Origin: Bacteroidales bacterium UBA4814
GTDB taxonomy: Bacteria > Bacteroidota > Bacteroidia > Bacteroidales > UBA7960
NCBI GenBank assembly: GCA_002402465.1
Contig: DHFW01000049.1
Coordinates: forward strand, 148,541-212,540
Length of the DNA stretch: 64,000 nucleotides
Direction of reading: 5' to 3'
Shown: positions 9,156-19,150 of the stretch, piece after piece
Layout of the letters: the number at the start of each line of letters is the position of its first letter
Position numbering within the stretch: the first letter of the stretch is position 1
The notes under the pieces: model-generated
What the model saw: the letters and a program-made list of their open reading frames with translations, nothing else
Databases searched by the model: none
What the model was told of the DNA's origin: nothing
Program-made: the position numbers and the translations under genes

Positions 9156-9542
9156 ATGATCAGGGTTACCTGTGCCATTATTAAGGATGGCGACAAGATC
9201 TTTGCTGCCCAGCGCGGGCCCGGAGCCCAGCAGGCCCTGAAGTGGGAATTTCCGGGCGGGAAAGTGGAGCCCGGAGAGTCGGACGAAGAATGCCTGTTCC
9301 GCGAACTTAACGAAGAACTTGAAATGCTGGTAAGCATCGAAAAGAAATTGCCTTCCTTTTTCCATGATTATCCTTCTTTTTCCTTAGAGTTGATTCCCTT
9401 TTTGTGCAGCCTTGAAACCAAAGTACATACGGCCAATGAGCATGCGGGCACAGGCTGGTTTGCCCGCGAGGAACTACAAAAGCTCGATTGGGCTGCGGCC
9501 GATGTGGCCTTAATGCAGTTTGTGCTGGAGAAGGTGCTTTAA
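9156..9542 (+). CDS. Nudix hydrolase (MutT/NudG-like nucleoside triphosphate pyrophosphohydrolase)
   Basis: Nudix box GGKVEPGESDEECLFRELNEELEM. Confidence 0.85.
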   Translation: MIRVTCAIIKDGDKIFAAQRGPGAQQALKWEFPGGKVEPGESDEECLFRELNEELEMLVSIEKKLPSFFHDYPSFSLELIPFLCSLETKVHTANEHAGTGWFAREELQKLDWAAADVALMQFVLEKVL

Positions 9543-10186
9543 ACCAACTGATTTTTTGTGGCGTCGTACATGCGTTTCCATTCAATCAGGCCCATTATGG
9601 CAATGATCAGGAAAATAACAAACTGGAAACTGGTGAATACAAGCCCTTTGATGAAATACAGGGGAATGGAGATGATGTTTCCAACAATCCAGTAAATCCA
9701 GTTTTCGATTTTTTTGCGAGCCATGTACCACATGCCAATCAGGAAAATGGAGGTAGTGAAGGAGTCAACGTATGGCACGTAGGTTTGCATATAACCGCCC
9801 GGATCGTTACGTGTAAAGATCCAGATCAGTCCAAGAATGATCACATACAGCACCGGGATCATTAAAATTCCCAGGGCTTGCTCTTTTTTGGTATTCCAGC
9901 GGATGGGCAACACCTTTTGGTTCTCGTCTTTGCGGGTCCACATATACCAACCATAAATGCTCATGCTGGTGTAAAAAACATTGATGCCCATGTCGGCGTA
10001 GAGCTGGGCAAAGAAGCAAATGAAAATATAGATGACGGTGCTTACAATGCCTGTTGGGTAAACCAGGATGTTGGCCTTGCGGGCAAACCATACGCTGAGT
10101 ATGCCAAATACCACGGCAACGATCTCCCAAATGGAAGATTCACTTAGGTTTTGCAAAAACAGTTCGAAAAAGGTGTTCCAATCCAT
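9539..10186 (-). CDS. pnuC: Nicotinamide riboside transporter PnuC family
   Basis: 215 aa with about 7 TM segments. WEIVAVVFGILSVWFARKANILVYPTGIV...SIYGWYMW is typical of PnuC. It overlaps the Nudix stop by 4 nt (convergent). Confidence 0.8.
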   Translation of the reverse strand: MDWNTFFELFLQNLSESSIWEIVAVVFGILSVWFARKANILVYPTGIVSTVIYIFICFFAQLYADMGINVFYTSMSIYGWYMWTRKDENQKVLPIRWNTKKEQALGILMIPVLYVIILGLIWIFTRNDPGGYMQTYVPYVDSFTTSIFLIGMWYMARKKIENWIYWIVGNIISIPLYFIKGLVFTSFQFVIFLIIAIMGLIEWKRMYDATKNQLV

Positions 10187-10350
10187 TGCTTAAGGTAGTT
10201 TGGGGCCTGTGTTGGCGTGGCAAAGGTAAAAAAATAGAAAAGAAAAACCCCGAACAATTTTTCCGGGCTTTGTTAACCCATTAAGCCACCTGAATTTATT
10301 GAAGCGTTGACTGCTTCTTAAAAAATGGCTGCCATTTTCTCAGATGTTGG

Positions 10351-12612
10351 TTACAACTTTCTGAAATTTAACTCTGCCATTGCGAACCTTACCTCGCTAT
10401 AGGAAAAGTCGCTACCCAATACGGCCATTACATCACCCAGTCGGGTGCTTTCTACGGCTTTCGAAGCTGCAATGATCTGATCTATTTTTTCCTGTTCCAC
10501 AAACCGGGAGGCTTCCAGCTTGCCTTGCTCCACAAACCAGGCCAGGTGGCCTTCTATGGTCGATTCGGCCAGTGAGCGTGTTAGGGCAATGGCTTCAATG
10601 CCAAGTCCTTTTTTGAACAGATCAAAGGTGATGTCGCGAGAGTGGGGTTTGGGTTCCTTTTTCCCGGCGGGCTGTTTGCTTTTCTTTTTGCGACCGCGGC
10701 TGCCTTTTTCGGTTTCTGCTGCGGCTGCCATTAGTTCTCGTTCGAGCTGCCTACCACGGTTTTTCAGGCTTTTTTTGGTCAGCTCATTGTTTTCGAGTAC
10801 CGATTTTACTAACAGTACTACCTTGTGCATGGCTTGCTGCCGGGCATACACCACGCTTTCGAGATCGCGAAGTTCGGCCGAGTATTTTTTCATGCCGCTC
10901 TGACCGCTCACTTCTTTGGTGTGCGCAAAGATTTTCTCCGACAATTCTTTCAGCAGCGGTTCAAAATAATCGGTAGCTGCCTGCAGGCGCTGATGCAATA
11001 GCGGAAACTGGTCTCTTTGCGAGAGGGCGCCCAGTCGCGAAAGCTGGTTCAGAAATTTGCCTGCCACCTCCTTCAGGCTTTTCACCTCTTCGAGCCAGGC
11101 TGCCGCAAAGTGCTTGAAAGCCTGTTTTGCCGAGCGCTTCTCGTCTTTGTTGTAGCTCTTTACAAAGTCTTCGAAGGCCCATACCATGGGGGCCAGTTCA
11201 AAAGTGTGCTGCACCTCCCTGCCAACAAACAGGTTGGTTTCGCTGTTCAGGCGTTGCATCAGGGTTTCGTTGCCGGGCTTGCTGTGTGCAAAACTTACCA
11301 GCGAAGGGTCGAGGCCGGGGCTGCGGTTGGGAAATGGGGCCGTAAGCACCAGCCCCTCGAGGCTACGCAGGCGCGACAGGGCTACATAGGTCTGTCCCGA
11401 AGCAAAGGCGCCCGACACATCGATCACGGCCTTGTCGAAGGTGAGGCCCTGGCTTTTATGAATGGTGATGGCCCATGCCAGCTTCAGGGGCAGGTGCGTG
11501 AAAGTGCCGGCCACTTTTTCTTCAATTTCGTTGGTGGTCTGGTTCAGGCTGAATTTTTTATTTTCCCAGGTGTAAGGCTCCACTTCCGTGGAAGGCGAAC
11601 CGTCAGTAAAACGCACCACAACCGTGTCATCGCTGATGTCGTCCACAATACCGATCTTTCCGTTGAAGTAGCGTCGCTCGCCCGAGTAGTCGTTTTTTAT
11701 GAACATGACCTGGGCGCCAATTTTCAGCTCGAGGGTGTATTCGACAGGAAACTGCGATTCGTTGAAGTCGCCATCTACCCTGGCGTCGAAACGGTACACC
11801 TTGCCCCTGAGTTTTTCGAGGGCTTTGCGGTTTATTTGGTCAGCCTTCTGGTTGTGGGTGGTAAGAAATATCCAGCCTTCGTTTTCGGTGGGGTCGAATC
11901 CGGGCTGGTAGTGGCTGTTGAGCAGGGCCATGTCGCTGGTGCTGAGCTGGTTGTTGCGCAGGTTGTTGAGCAGCTCAATGAAACGCAGATCGCTTTGGCG
12001 GTATATGTTCTCTAGTTCAATATAAAGCGGGGGTTGTTGCTTTAGCGCCTTGGCCTCGAAAAAATGCATGGAGGAGTAGTGCCACCTGAGTAGCTCCCAT
12101 TCGTCGTTTTTAACCACCGGTGGCAACTGCCAAAGGTCGCCGATAAACAGGATTTGCAGCCCGCCGAATGGCAAGTCCCTTTTTCGGCGCACATGCCTCA
12201 AAATGGTGTCGATGGCATCGAGCAGGTCGGCCCGCAGCATACTCACCTCATCGATAATGAGCAGTTCGAGTTCCCTGAGCATGTTGCGTTTGGTGGCGTG
12301 CAACTGAATTTTGCCAATAAGGCTCTGCGGGGTGTTGATCTGGGTGCTGAGGCTGGTGCGGTCCACGCCCTGCAGCGAGGGCAAAAACGATCCGAACGGA
12401 AGCTGAAAAAGTGAGTGAAGGGTAACGCCTCCGGCATTAATTGCGGCAATGCCTGTTGGGGCAGCAACAATTGACTTTTTGTGGGTATATTCCACAATTT
12501 TGCGCAGAAAGGTGGTCTTACCCGTGCCCGCCTTTCCCGTAAGGAAAATATGGCAACCCGTATGGTTGATGAAGCGCGAAGCCAAGGCAGCGGGTGAAGG
12601 GTAGCTTTTCAT
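10351..12612 (-). CDS. Pif1/RecD-like SF1 helicase with a C-terminal helix-turn-helix domain
   Basis: Walker A GKAGTGKTT, Walker B LLIIDEVSM, ITIHKSQG and YVALSR motifs. A Lys-rich linker precedes a C-terminal HTH-like repeat (AESTIEGHLAWFVEQGKL). Confidence 0.85.
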   Translation of the reverse strand: MKSYPSPAALASRFINHTGCHIFLTGKAGTGKTTFLRKIVEYTHKKSIVAAPTGIAAINAGGVTLHSLFQLPFGSFLPSLQGVDRTSLSTQINTPQSLIGKIQLHATKRNMLRELELLIIDEVSMLRADLLDAIDTILRHVRRKRDLPFGGLQILFIGDLWQLPPVVKNDEWELLRWHYSSMHFFEAKALKQQPPLYIELENIYRQSDLRFIELLNNLRNNQLSTSDMALLNSHYQPGFDPTENEGWIFLTTHNQKADQINRKALEKLRGKVYRFDARVDGDFNESQFPVEYTLELKIGAQVMFIKNDYSGERRYFNGKIGIVDDISDDTVVVRFTDGSPSTEVEPYTWENKKFSLNQTTNEIEEKVAGTFTHLPLKLAWAITIHKSQGLTFDKAVIDVSGAFASGQTYVALSRLRSLEGLVLTAPFPNRSPGLDPSLVSFAHSKPGNETLMQRLNSETNLFVGREVQHTFELAPMVWAFEDFVKSYNKDEKRSAKQAFKHFAAAWLEEVKSLKEVAGKFLNQLSRLGALSQRDQFPLLHQRLQAATDYFEPLLKELSEKIFAHTKEVSGQSGMKKYSAELRDLESVVYARQQAMHKVVLLVKSVLENNELTKKSLKNRGRQLERELMAAAAETEKGSRGRKKKSKQPAGKKEPKPHSRDITFDLFKKGLGIEAIALTRSLAESTIEGHLAWFVEQGKLEASRFVEQEKIDQIIAASKAVESTRLGDVMAVLGSDFSYSEVRFAMAELNFRKL

Positions 12613-12750
12613 TCTTGCACGAGATTTTTTTCCGGAAGGGTAAAACTAATAAAATTCGGATAGCCCGAAAAGGAATTTGCCTCCTTTAGGGGAATAAAAA
12701 AAGCGCAGCTGCTGTAGCCACGCTTTTTAAAGGATTGTTGATACGGGGTC

Positions 12751-13419
12751 TTAAAGCCTGTATCCCAGCGAAATACCGAAGCCGGCATTTTTAAAACTGG
12801 CTTCAGTGCTATTCGAAGTGTTTTCAGCATTGATTTCGACCAGACCAAGCTGGGTGTTTATCTGGAAGGAGAGGCCACCAGCCAGTTCGTATCCGAAGAA
12901 CACATTGGCACCAAAGTCGAAAGGCTTGAATTTATTCAATTGCAGACTTCCGTTGTATTCGCTGGTAAAATCGATGTCTTCGTTGTAGGAAATGCTGTTT
13001 AATTTATATTTTGCTTTACCGGTAATACCGTAACCAAGATATGGTCCAAATCCAAGGAAAAACCTTCCGTTGCCCAGCACCGGCTTATACAAAAAGCTCA
13101 AGGGTAGTTCGATATATCCTAAGGTATAATTGATGGCAAGATTTTCAAGTCCGAATAGTTTATCCGTTTTGGCTCCCTTGGTGGAGTATAGCAGGCCGGG
13201 CTGGAAGAAGAAGTCGGGGGCCACCGGGATTTCGAGCACCAAACCGGCATTAAACCGGGGAACCAGGCTATTTTCAAGGATGCCATAGTCTTTTCCATTA
13301 ATATTCTGAAGGTCAAAACCTCCCCTAAGCCCGAAGGAAACCCCCTGGGCCTGGGCAGTGAAGCCGGCCAGGAGGAGAAAAGCAATTGCTGCTAACCATT
13401 TGAATTTTAGGGTTAACAA
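12751..13419 (-). CDS. Outer-membrane beta-barrel protein (PorT/OprW-like small porin family), copy 1
   Basis: Signal peptide ...FTAQAQ, alternating beta-strand pattern, C-terminal GISLGYRL. Paralog of 33621..34319. Confidence 0.8.
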   Translation of the reverse strand: MLTLKFKWLAAIAFLLLAGFTAQAQGVSFGLRGGFDLQNINGKDYGILENSLVPRFNAGLVLEIPVAPDFFFQPGLLYSTKGAKTDKLFGLENLAINYTLGYIELPLSFLYKPVLGNGRFFLGFGPYLGYGITGKAKYKLNSISYNEDIDFTSEYNGSLQLNKFKPFDFGANVFFGYELAGGLSFQINTQLGLVEINAENTSNSTEASFKNAGFGISLGYRL

Positions 13420-13449
13420 ATTATTCTAAAAAACTTGGATTCAAAGCCT

Positions 13450-14124
13450 TTAGTTGCCGGCAGCTTCACGCTCTGCATCCTGCAGCATTTTTTCGTTTGC
13501 GGTGATGGCAAACTCTACGCGTCGATTCTGTGCCCGTCCTTCAGCCGTTTCGTTGCTGTATTTTGGCTGCTCTTCGCCAAAGCCAATAATGGTGAGGCGG
13601 CCGGCCATGACACCCTGGGTAATAAGATAATCGGCCACGGCACCTGCCCTGCGCTCAGAGAGAGTCTGGTTGTAACTGGCAGCACCCACGCTGTCGGTGT
13701 GGCCATGAATTTCAATATCGGTATCGGGATACCTGTTGAGGATAATCACCAGTTTGTCGAGGTTCTCTTTTGCCTGTGCAGTCAGTGCGAAGCTGTCGAA
13801 ACCAAAAAGAATATCGTTGGTAAACTCAACCACAATGCCTTCGCCTACTCTTTCTACATTTACGTCCGGAATTTGTTCCTGAATCTCCTGGGCTTGCTTG
13901 TCCATCTGGTTGCCAATAATGGCACCAGCAGTACCACCTACGGCAGCTCCGATCACCGCTCCAGCAGCAGTATTTCCTGAGGCCCGTCCAATAATGGCGC
14001 CTGCAGCAGTACCAGCGGCGGTGCCTATGGCAGCGCCCTTCTGGGTGCTGTTCAGGGTTTTACAGCCCTGAAAAAGCATGGCTGCCGATAAAATTCCAAT
14101 GAAAAACAGTTTGGTCGTCTTCAT
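13450..14124 (-). CDS. OmpA-family lipoprotein with a glycine-zipper N-domain, copy 1
   Basis: Lipobox LFQGC, a Gly/Ala zipper (GAAIGTAAGTAAGAIIG...) and the OmpA_C motif HGHTDSVGAASYNQTLSERRAGAV...NRRVEF. Paralog of 34375..35058. Confidence 0.9.
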   Translation of the reverse strand: MKTTKLFFIGILSAAMLFQGCKTLNSTQKGAAIGTAAGTAAGAIIGRASGNTAAGAVIGAAVGGTAGAIIGNQMDKQAQEIQEQIPDVNVERVGEGIVVEFTNDILFGFDSFALTAQAKENLDKLVIILNRYPDTDIEIHGHTDSVGAASYNQTLSERRAGAVADYLITQGVMAGRLTIIGFGEEQPKYSNETAEGRAQNRRVEFAITANEKMLQDAEREAAGN

Positions 14125-14343
14125 AAATCTTCAATTTAAGGTTAATATTTATTCATTCCTGGGTGGTTTTCTGAAAACAATGCAAACACAATTGCAATGC
14201 CACCAAATTAGTTTTTAGTTTTTTGGTTTAAGATCAGAAAGTTACAAAAAATATTTTAATGTTTTAGTTTCGTTTGTGTGAAGGCGTTTTCTCATTTTGG
14301 GAAACAAAAACACCTTTTTGTTTCAGTAAAAAAGCCTATTGTT

Positions 14344-16419
14344 TCAATTCTTTTTGTGAAAACTTATGGCTACCCCACCACCGGGAGCCAGCAAAAGGTT
14401 CAAAGAACTTTGTGAGGTTGCCTCCATTTCTTCAATCTTGTAATCGGTTGGGTTATCAAACCAATGCGCATCAGGGGCGTCGGCATAGATCCTTGCAAGA
14501 TAGGTGAAGCCGGGCTCCAGGAAGTCGGTTCTAACGGTAATATTTCTTTTGTCCTCGTTGGTTACGCTACCCAGGAACCAGTTTCCGGTTTCACGCTCCT
14601 GGCGTGCAATGGTTACAAACTCGCCAATTTCGCCATCGAGCACCCTGGTTTGTTCCCAGTCAACCCCCACATCCTTAATGAATTGAAATGCGGGATGACC
14701 TTCATAGTTTTCGGGCAAATCGGCGGCCATTTGAATGGGGCTGTACAGCACCACATAAAGGGCCAGTTGATGCGCCAGTGTGGTGTTTACCTGGTTGTCG
14801 GGCTTGGTTGGTCCGAGTTTGATGTTAAAAATGCCGGGAGTATAATCGATGGGGCTGGCCAGCATGCGGGTAAAGGGCACGATGGTGAGGTGTTCTGGCG
14901 GGTTGCCACCGTCGCTGGCCCAGGCGTTAAATTCCTGACCGCGAAGGTTTTCCATGGAAAATTTGTTGGGCCAGGTACGCCTAAGGCCTGATGCCATGGC
15001 CGTTTCGTGCGAGTTGACTGCCACTTTGTGCCGGGCTGCTGTTTCGATCACTTTTTGGTAATGATTTACCATAAATTGGTTGTGATGATATTCTCCTTCG
15101 GGGATAATGGTGCCTACATACCCTGTTTTAACAGCATTTATGCCCAAATGTTCAATAAGTTTATAAGCAGTGTCGAGTTGCTGCTCGTAAGTGGTTACGG
15201 CTGCGGAAGTTTCGTGGTGCATAATAATATCCACCCCCCGGGCTCTGCCGTAATTCACAACTGCTTCGATGTCATAGTCGGGATAAGGAGTTACGAAATC
15301 ATATATGCCTTCGCGGTTGGCCGTGCCTATCCAGTCTTCCCAACCGGTGTTCCAGCCTTCGATGAGCACGGCATCGATGCCGTTGTCCGCGGCAAAGTCG
15401 ATATAGCGCAAGGCATTGTCGGTGGTGGCGCCATGGCGGCCACCGGCCATAGCCCAGGTCGAAATGTCGAGGTGCATCTCCCACCATATTCCCACGTATT
15501 TGATGGGCTTGAGCCAGGAAGTGTCTTCAATTTTGCTGGGTTCGTTCAGGTTGAGAATCAGTTTTGATTCGATTAGATCGCCGGCGCGATCAGCAATCTG
15601 AATCATGCGCCAGGGAGTATTGAACGGGGTTTTCTGCTCCACTTTGTAATCGCGCCAAGAGCCCACCAGATTGGTGGTCATGCCCAGGTTTTCGGGGTCA
15701 ATGGCAAGCGTCATGGATGAATAATTGACCAGGGCAGCTTCGTGAAAGCTCAGGTACACGCCGTCATTGGTTTTCATAGTAACCGGTGTGTTAACTGCAT
15801 TTTCCGGTATATGCGTTTGCGCAAGATTGGGGTGGCTGCGTTTGCTCAGGGCATCAATCTCACTAAATAGTGTTGTACTGTAAAGGTGCTCAGAAATGTC
15901 CCAGTCGCCGGGTGTCCACCACACTTTGTGGTCGCCTGTAAGGTTAATCTGGGTGCGCTCTTCGGTAATAAACACTTCGCCCATGTTTTCCTGCTCAGGG
16001 AATTCGAAACGGAAGCCCAACCCATCGTCGTAAACGCGGAAAACCAAATCGAACTTCCTTTTCAGGCCTTCTTTTTCGGCGAAAGCCAACTTGAGTTCAT
16101 TGAAGTGGTTATCTACAAAGCGTTGTTCGCCCCAGGGCATTTCCCAGGTTTCGGAGAACTGTCGGGTATCGGTTCCCAGAATTTTCAGGCCGGTTTTCAG
16201 GGGTGGGTCATCACGGAACTCAAAGGCGAGACCCGAAGTATCCACCATCATTTTCCCCTGGTATTGAACGGTATAAGCGGCCTGTCCGTCGGCCAGTGTA
16301 AACACCTCGATCTTAATTTCCCCGGAAGGGGACTCCATGGAAGTAATCAGGTCTTTTTTGCAACCTGACAGATTGAGAAGCAGCAGGGCCGGAAGCCACA
16401 GCGCGATCATTTTTTTCAT
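14344..16419 (-). CDS. Glycoside hydrolase family 97 (SusB-like alpha-glucosidase)
   Basis: 691 aa lipoprotein (LNLSGC). The length and conserved blocks (GIWWEMH, LIEGWNTGWEDW, MHHETS) fit GH97. Confidence 0.85.
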   Translation of the reverse strand: MKKMIALWLPALLLLNLSGCKKDLITSMESPSGEIKIEVFTLADGQAAYTVQYQGKMMVDTSGLAFEFRDDPPLKTGLKILGTDTRQFSETWEMPWGEQRFVDNHFNELKLAFAEKEGLKRKFDLVFRVYDDGLGFRFEFPEQENMGEVFITEERTQINLTGDHKVWWTPGDWDISEHLYSTTLFSEIDALSKRSHPNLAQTHIPENAVNTPVTMKTNDGVYLSFHEAALVNYSSMTLAIDPENLGMTTNLVGSWRDYKVEQKTPFNTPWRMIQIADRAGDLIESKLILNLNEPSKIEDTSWLKPIKYVGIWWEMHLDISTWAMAGGRHGATTDNALRYIDFAADNGIDAVLIEGWNTGWEDWIGTANREGIYDFVTPYPDYDIEAVVNYGRARGVDIIMHHETSAAVTTYEQQLDTAYKLIEHLGINAVKTGYVGTIIPEGEYHHNQFMVNHYQKVIETAARHKVAVNSHETAMASGLRRTWPNKFSMENLRGQEFNAWASDGGNPPEHLTIVPFTRMLASPIDYTPGIFNIKLGPTKPDNQVNTTLAHQLALYVVLYSPIQMAADLPENYEGHPAFQFIKDVGVDWEQTRVLDGEIGEFVTIARQERETGNWFLGSVTNEDKRNITVRTDFLEPGFTYLARIYADAPDAHWFDNPTDYKIEEMEATSQSSLNLLLAPGGGVAISFHKKN

Positions 16420-16437
16420 GACGTTGGTTTTTTTATG

Positions 16438-17538
16438 CTACAGTTTGATAAATATTTTCTTGCGATAAAGGATGGTTGCCGGAATAAACAGGATGCCGAG
16501 AAAAAACGATGCATACAACAGGCTTGCAAGTTTTGGGGCGATGCCAATTCCGGTAAGCCATTGGAAGGCATGCTGGCTGAGTGGAAGTCCGCCGAAGTTG
16601 AGTCGATAGAAAATTAGCGAGAGCAAGCCCGCAAGCACATACACCGCAATGGCATTGGTGCCGAGAATAACCCAGGGTTTTGTGCCAAAGGTTTTTTTCT
16701 CTATATCGATCAGGTAGTAACATGCTGCCAGGGCCATGCTGGCCATACCTGAGGTTACCATTACATACGAGCTGGACCAAATGGGCTTATTGAGCGGGAA
16801 GTGCAGGCTCCACACATAACCGATGATGCTGGCAAGAAATCCTGCCAGGAACATCCAGGTCACTTTTTTTTCATGGCTATAGGGGCTTAAAATAATCTTA
16901 CCTACCAGCATACCTGTTATGCCGGTTGCAATGGCGGGCAGGGTGCTTAGCAGGCCTTCGGGGTCCCATGTGACTTGCCACATGCGGCCGGGCAAAAGAA
17001 AACTGTCGACCCAAGCGGCCAGGTTGGCGCCAGGCTCAAGCATGGGCTGTCCGTAACCGGGAGTCGGAATAAACATCAGCGCCAGCCAGTAAACTATCAA
17101 AATGGCTGTTCCCACTATGGCCTGCGTTTTCCATTTGGTTCCAACAAATAGAAACGCACATGCCACAAATACCAGGGCAATGCGCTGCAGCACACCAGCC
17201 ACCCTGAGTTCGGTAAAGTTGAAATAGGGCCAAAGGTTCAGAAAAATGCCCACGGCAAATATTTTTAATCCTCTGAAAAGGATTTTTCGGTAGATACCCG
17301 GAAGAGGCAAGCCTTTTTCCAGCTGTTTTGTGTAGGCAAGCGCAATGCTGACGCCCACAATAAACAAAAAGAAAGGAAAAATCAGGTCGGTAGGGGTGAT
17401 GCCATGCCATGGCTTGTGCAGCAGGGGCGAATACACATGACCCCAACTGCCGGGATAGTTTACAATGATCATGCCTCCAATGGTGAAGCCGCGGAAGACA
17501 TCAAGCGAAACGAGGCGCTGCGAAAGGGTTTTGTTCAT
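16438..17538 (-). CDS. Heparan-alpha-glucosaminide N-acetyltransferase-like membrane acyltransferase (DUF5009/DUF1624 type)
   Basis: RLVSLDVFRGFTIGGMIIVNYPGSWGHVYSPLLHKPWHGITPTDLIFPFFLFIVG signature; about 10 TM segments. Confidence 0.75.
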   Translation of the reverse strand: MNKTLSQRLVSLDVFRGFTIGGMIIVNYPGSWGHVYSPLLHKPWHGITPTDLIFPFFLFIVGVSIALAYTKQLEKGLPLPGIYRKILFRGLKIFAVGIFLNLWPYFNFTELRVAGVLQRIALVFVACAFLFVGTKWKTQAIVGTAILIVYWLALMFIPTPGYGQPMLEPGANLAAWVDSFLLPGRMWQVTWDPEGLLSTLPAIATGITGMLVGKIILSPYSHEKKVTWMFLAGFLASIIGYVWSLHFPLNKPIWSSSYVMVTSGMASMALAACYYLIDIEKKTFGTKPWVILGTNAIAVYVLAGLLSLIFYRLNFGGLPLSQHAFQWLTGIGIAPKLASLLYASFFLGILFIPATILYRKKIFIKL

Positions 17539-17583
17539 GGGGTGCTCAAAATTTTTCCCTGAAAGGGAGTTGTTTAAATCGTG

Positions 17584-19041
17584 TTATACATTATCATCCT
17601 CACCTTCACCGCCATCGTCCATGTTGTTTACTTCAGGCAAAATCAGGCTGGCTTCGGCGCTGCTTATTGTTTCAACGCTTTTTAGCTTTCGCTGAATGGC
17701 GCGGGTGCGTTTGCCCATCACTTCGTCGATTTGGTTGCTGGCCGTTTGTACATTCTTTTGGGCTTTTTCGAGCATACCGCCAAAGTTTTCAAACTCTTTT
17801 TTTACGGCTCCAAGTATTTTCCATACTTCTCCGCTGCGTTTCTGTATGGCCAGTGTGCGGAAGCCCATTTGCAGGCTGTTGAGAATGGCGGCCAGGGTGG
17901 TTGGTCCGGTAACGATCACTTTGAACTCGCGCTGCAATTGCTCAAGCAGGCTGGCACGACGCACCACCTCGGCATAAATGCCCTCGAAAGGCAAAAACAT
18001 GATGGCAAAATCGGTGGTGTTGGGTGGGTCAATGTATTTTTCGTGAATGTCGCGGGCCATTTTCTTGATGGTAATTTCAAGGGTTTTGCTGGCTGCCTCA
18101 ATCATGGCCGGGTCGGCCACGTCATAAGCATCGAGCATTTTTTCATACACGTCTTTTGGGAACTTGGCGTCGATGGGCAGGTAAACCGACTCGAGGCTGT
18201 CGTCGCGGCCGGGAAGCTTGATGGCAAACTCCACGGCATCGGCCGAGCCTTTTTTGGTTTTCACGTTGGAGTCGTATTGTTCGGGGGCCAGCACCTGCTC
18301 AAGTAGCATGGCCAGTTGTACTTCGCCAATGCCGCCGCGGGCCTTCACATTGCTAAGCACCCGTTTCAGGCCGCCCACATCCTGGGCCAGGGTTTGCATT
18401 TCGCCGAGCCCTTTTTGCACACTCTCCAGTTGCTTGCCCACTAGTTCGAACGACTGCCCCAGGCGCTCGTTGAGCGTTTTTTGCAGCTTCTCATCTACGG
18501 TTTCGCGCATCTGTTCCAGCTTCTTCTCAGTATTCTCAACCAGCTTGTTTTGTGTCACCTCGAGTTGTCCAAATTTTTCTCGCTGCAGATCATTAAATGA
18601 AGCCACATTCTTGTCGAACGACTCCTGAAAATTTTTCATCACTTTTTCGAGCGATTCCCGCATTTGGGTATTGTCTGTCTTGGCCTGATCGGTTAATAAT
18701 TTCAACTTGTCCTGCACCTGGGTGTTGATGAGGCTAAGCTGCTGCAGGTTGCTTTCGTTCAGAGCTTTAAGGGTGCGTGCCAGTTCATCGCGAAGGTCCT
18801 TCAGGCTGTCGTTCAACTCCTTGCGGTTGTCGCGCGTTAAATTGGCAATCTCCTCGCGGTTCATGCGGAAGTCTTCTTTTAGCCCGGCTTCAAACCTGGT
18901 TATGGCTTGGGAGAGTTCGGCCAGGCGGGCCTCCAGTTTTTCTCTTTCTCTTTTCCCTTTCGGGAGAAAAACCAGCATCAGAATAATGGAGATTATTGCA
19001 AGCAAAGCAATGAACAAAAGGAAATAAAACTGGAGGTCCAT
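17584..19041 (-). CDS. rmuC: DNA recombination protein RmuC
   Basis: N-terminal TM, a long coiled coil and the C-terminal RmuC nuclease-like block (LPIDAKFP...AIMFLPFEGIYAE...VTGPTTLAAILNSLQMGF). Confidence 0.9.
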   Translation of the reverse strand: MDLQFYFLLFIALLAIISIILMLVFLPKGKREREKLEARLAELSQAITRFEAGLKEDFRMNREEIANLTRDNRKELNDSLKDLRDELARTLKALNESNLQQLSLINTQVQDKLKLLTDQAKTDNTQMRESLEKVMKNFQESFDKNVASFNDLQREKFGQLEVTQNKLVENTEKKLEQMRETVDEKLQKTLNERLGQSFELVGKQLESVQKGLGEMQTLAQDVGGLKRVLSNVKARGGIGEVQLAMLLEQVLAPEQYDSNVKTKKGSADAVEFAIKLPGRDDSLESVYLPIDAKFPKDVYEKMLDAYDVADPAMIEAASKTLEITIKKMARDIHEKYIDPPNTTDFAIMFLPFEGIYAEVVRRASLLEQLQREFKVIVTGPTTLAAILNSLQMGFRTLAIQKRSGEVWKILGAVKKEFENFGGMLEKAQKNVQTASNQIDEVMGKRTRAIQRKLKSVETISSAEASLILPEVNNMDDGGEGEDDNV

Positions 19042-19150
19042 AAAATCAAACGGTTGAAATAAGTGAATTGAATGTTGAAAATTAGCCTAATTACCAGGAA
19101 AAACCAAAAAACAATTTCATATTTTGCTAACTTGCCAGCAAATTTGTTTT

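Noticed and set aside
10187-10350. A possible TPP or NAD-type riboswitch upstream of the PnuC-family transporter, prompted by a CTGAGA word.
   Set aside because: The CTGAGA lies just downstream of the helicase stop codon. The rest of the interval lacks the conserved TPP (ACCCTTTGAACCTGATC...) or other riboswitch cores. Only a weak terminator-like hairpin (AAAATGG-cag-CCATTTT) is present.
11017-12015. Long ORFs antisense to well-supported genes, for example 332 aa opposite the helicase. Others are 6739..7512 opposite prs, 39568..40272 opposite treS, 45314..46030 opposite the HAD fusion, and 48844..49530 and 49603..50448 opposite otsA.
   Set aside because: Each lies fully inside a gene with clear family motifs on the other strand. 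Their translations are low-complexity or His/Gly/Val-rich with no motifs. This is the typical shadow-ORF behaviour of coding DNA.
14125-14343. A full stress-type promoter upstream of OmpA copy 1.
   Set aside because: Only one TGTAAC is present (the complement of about 14241-14246). There is no partner hexamer 21 nt upstream and no -7 box 21 nt downstream, so it does not fit the S1-S6 geometry.
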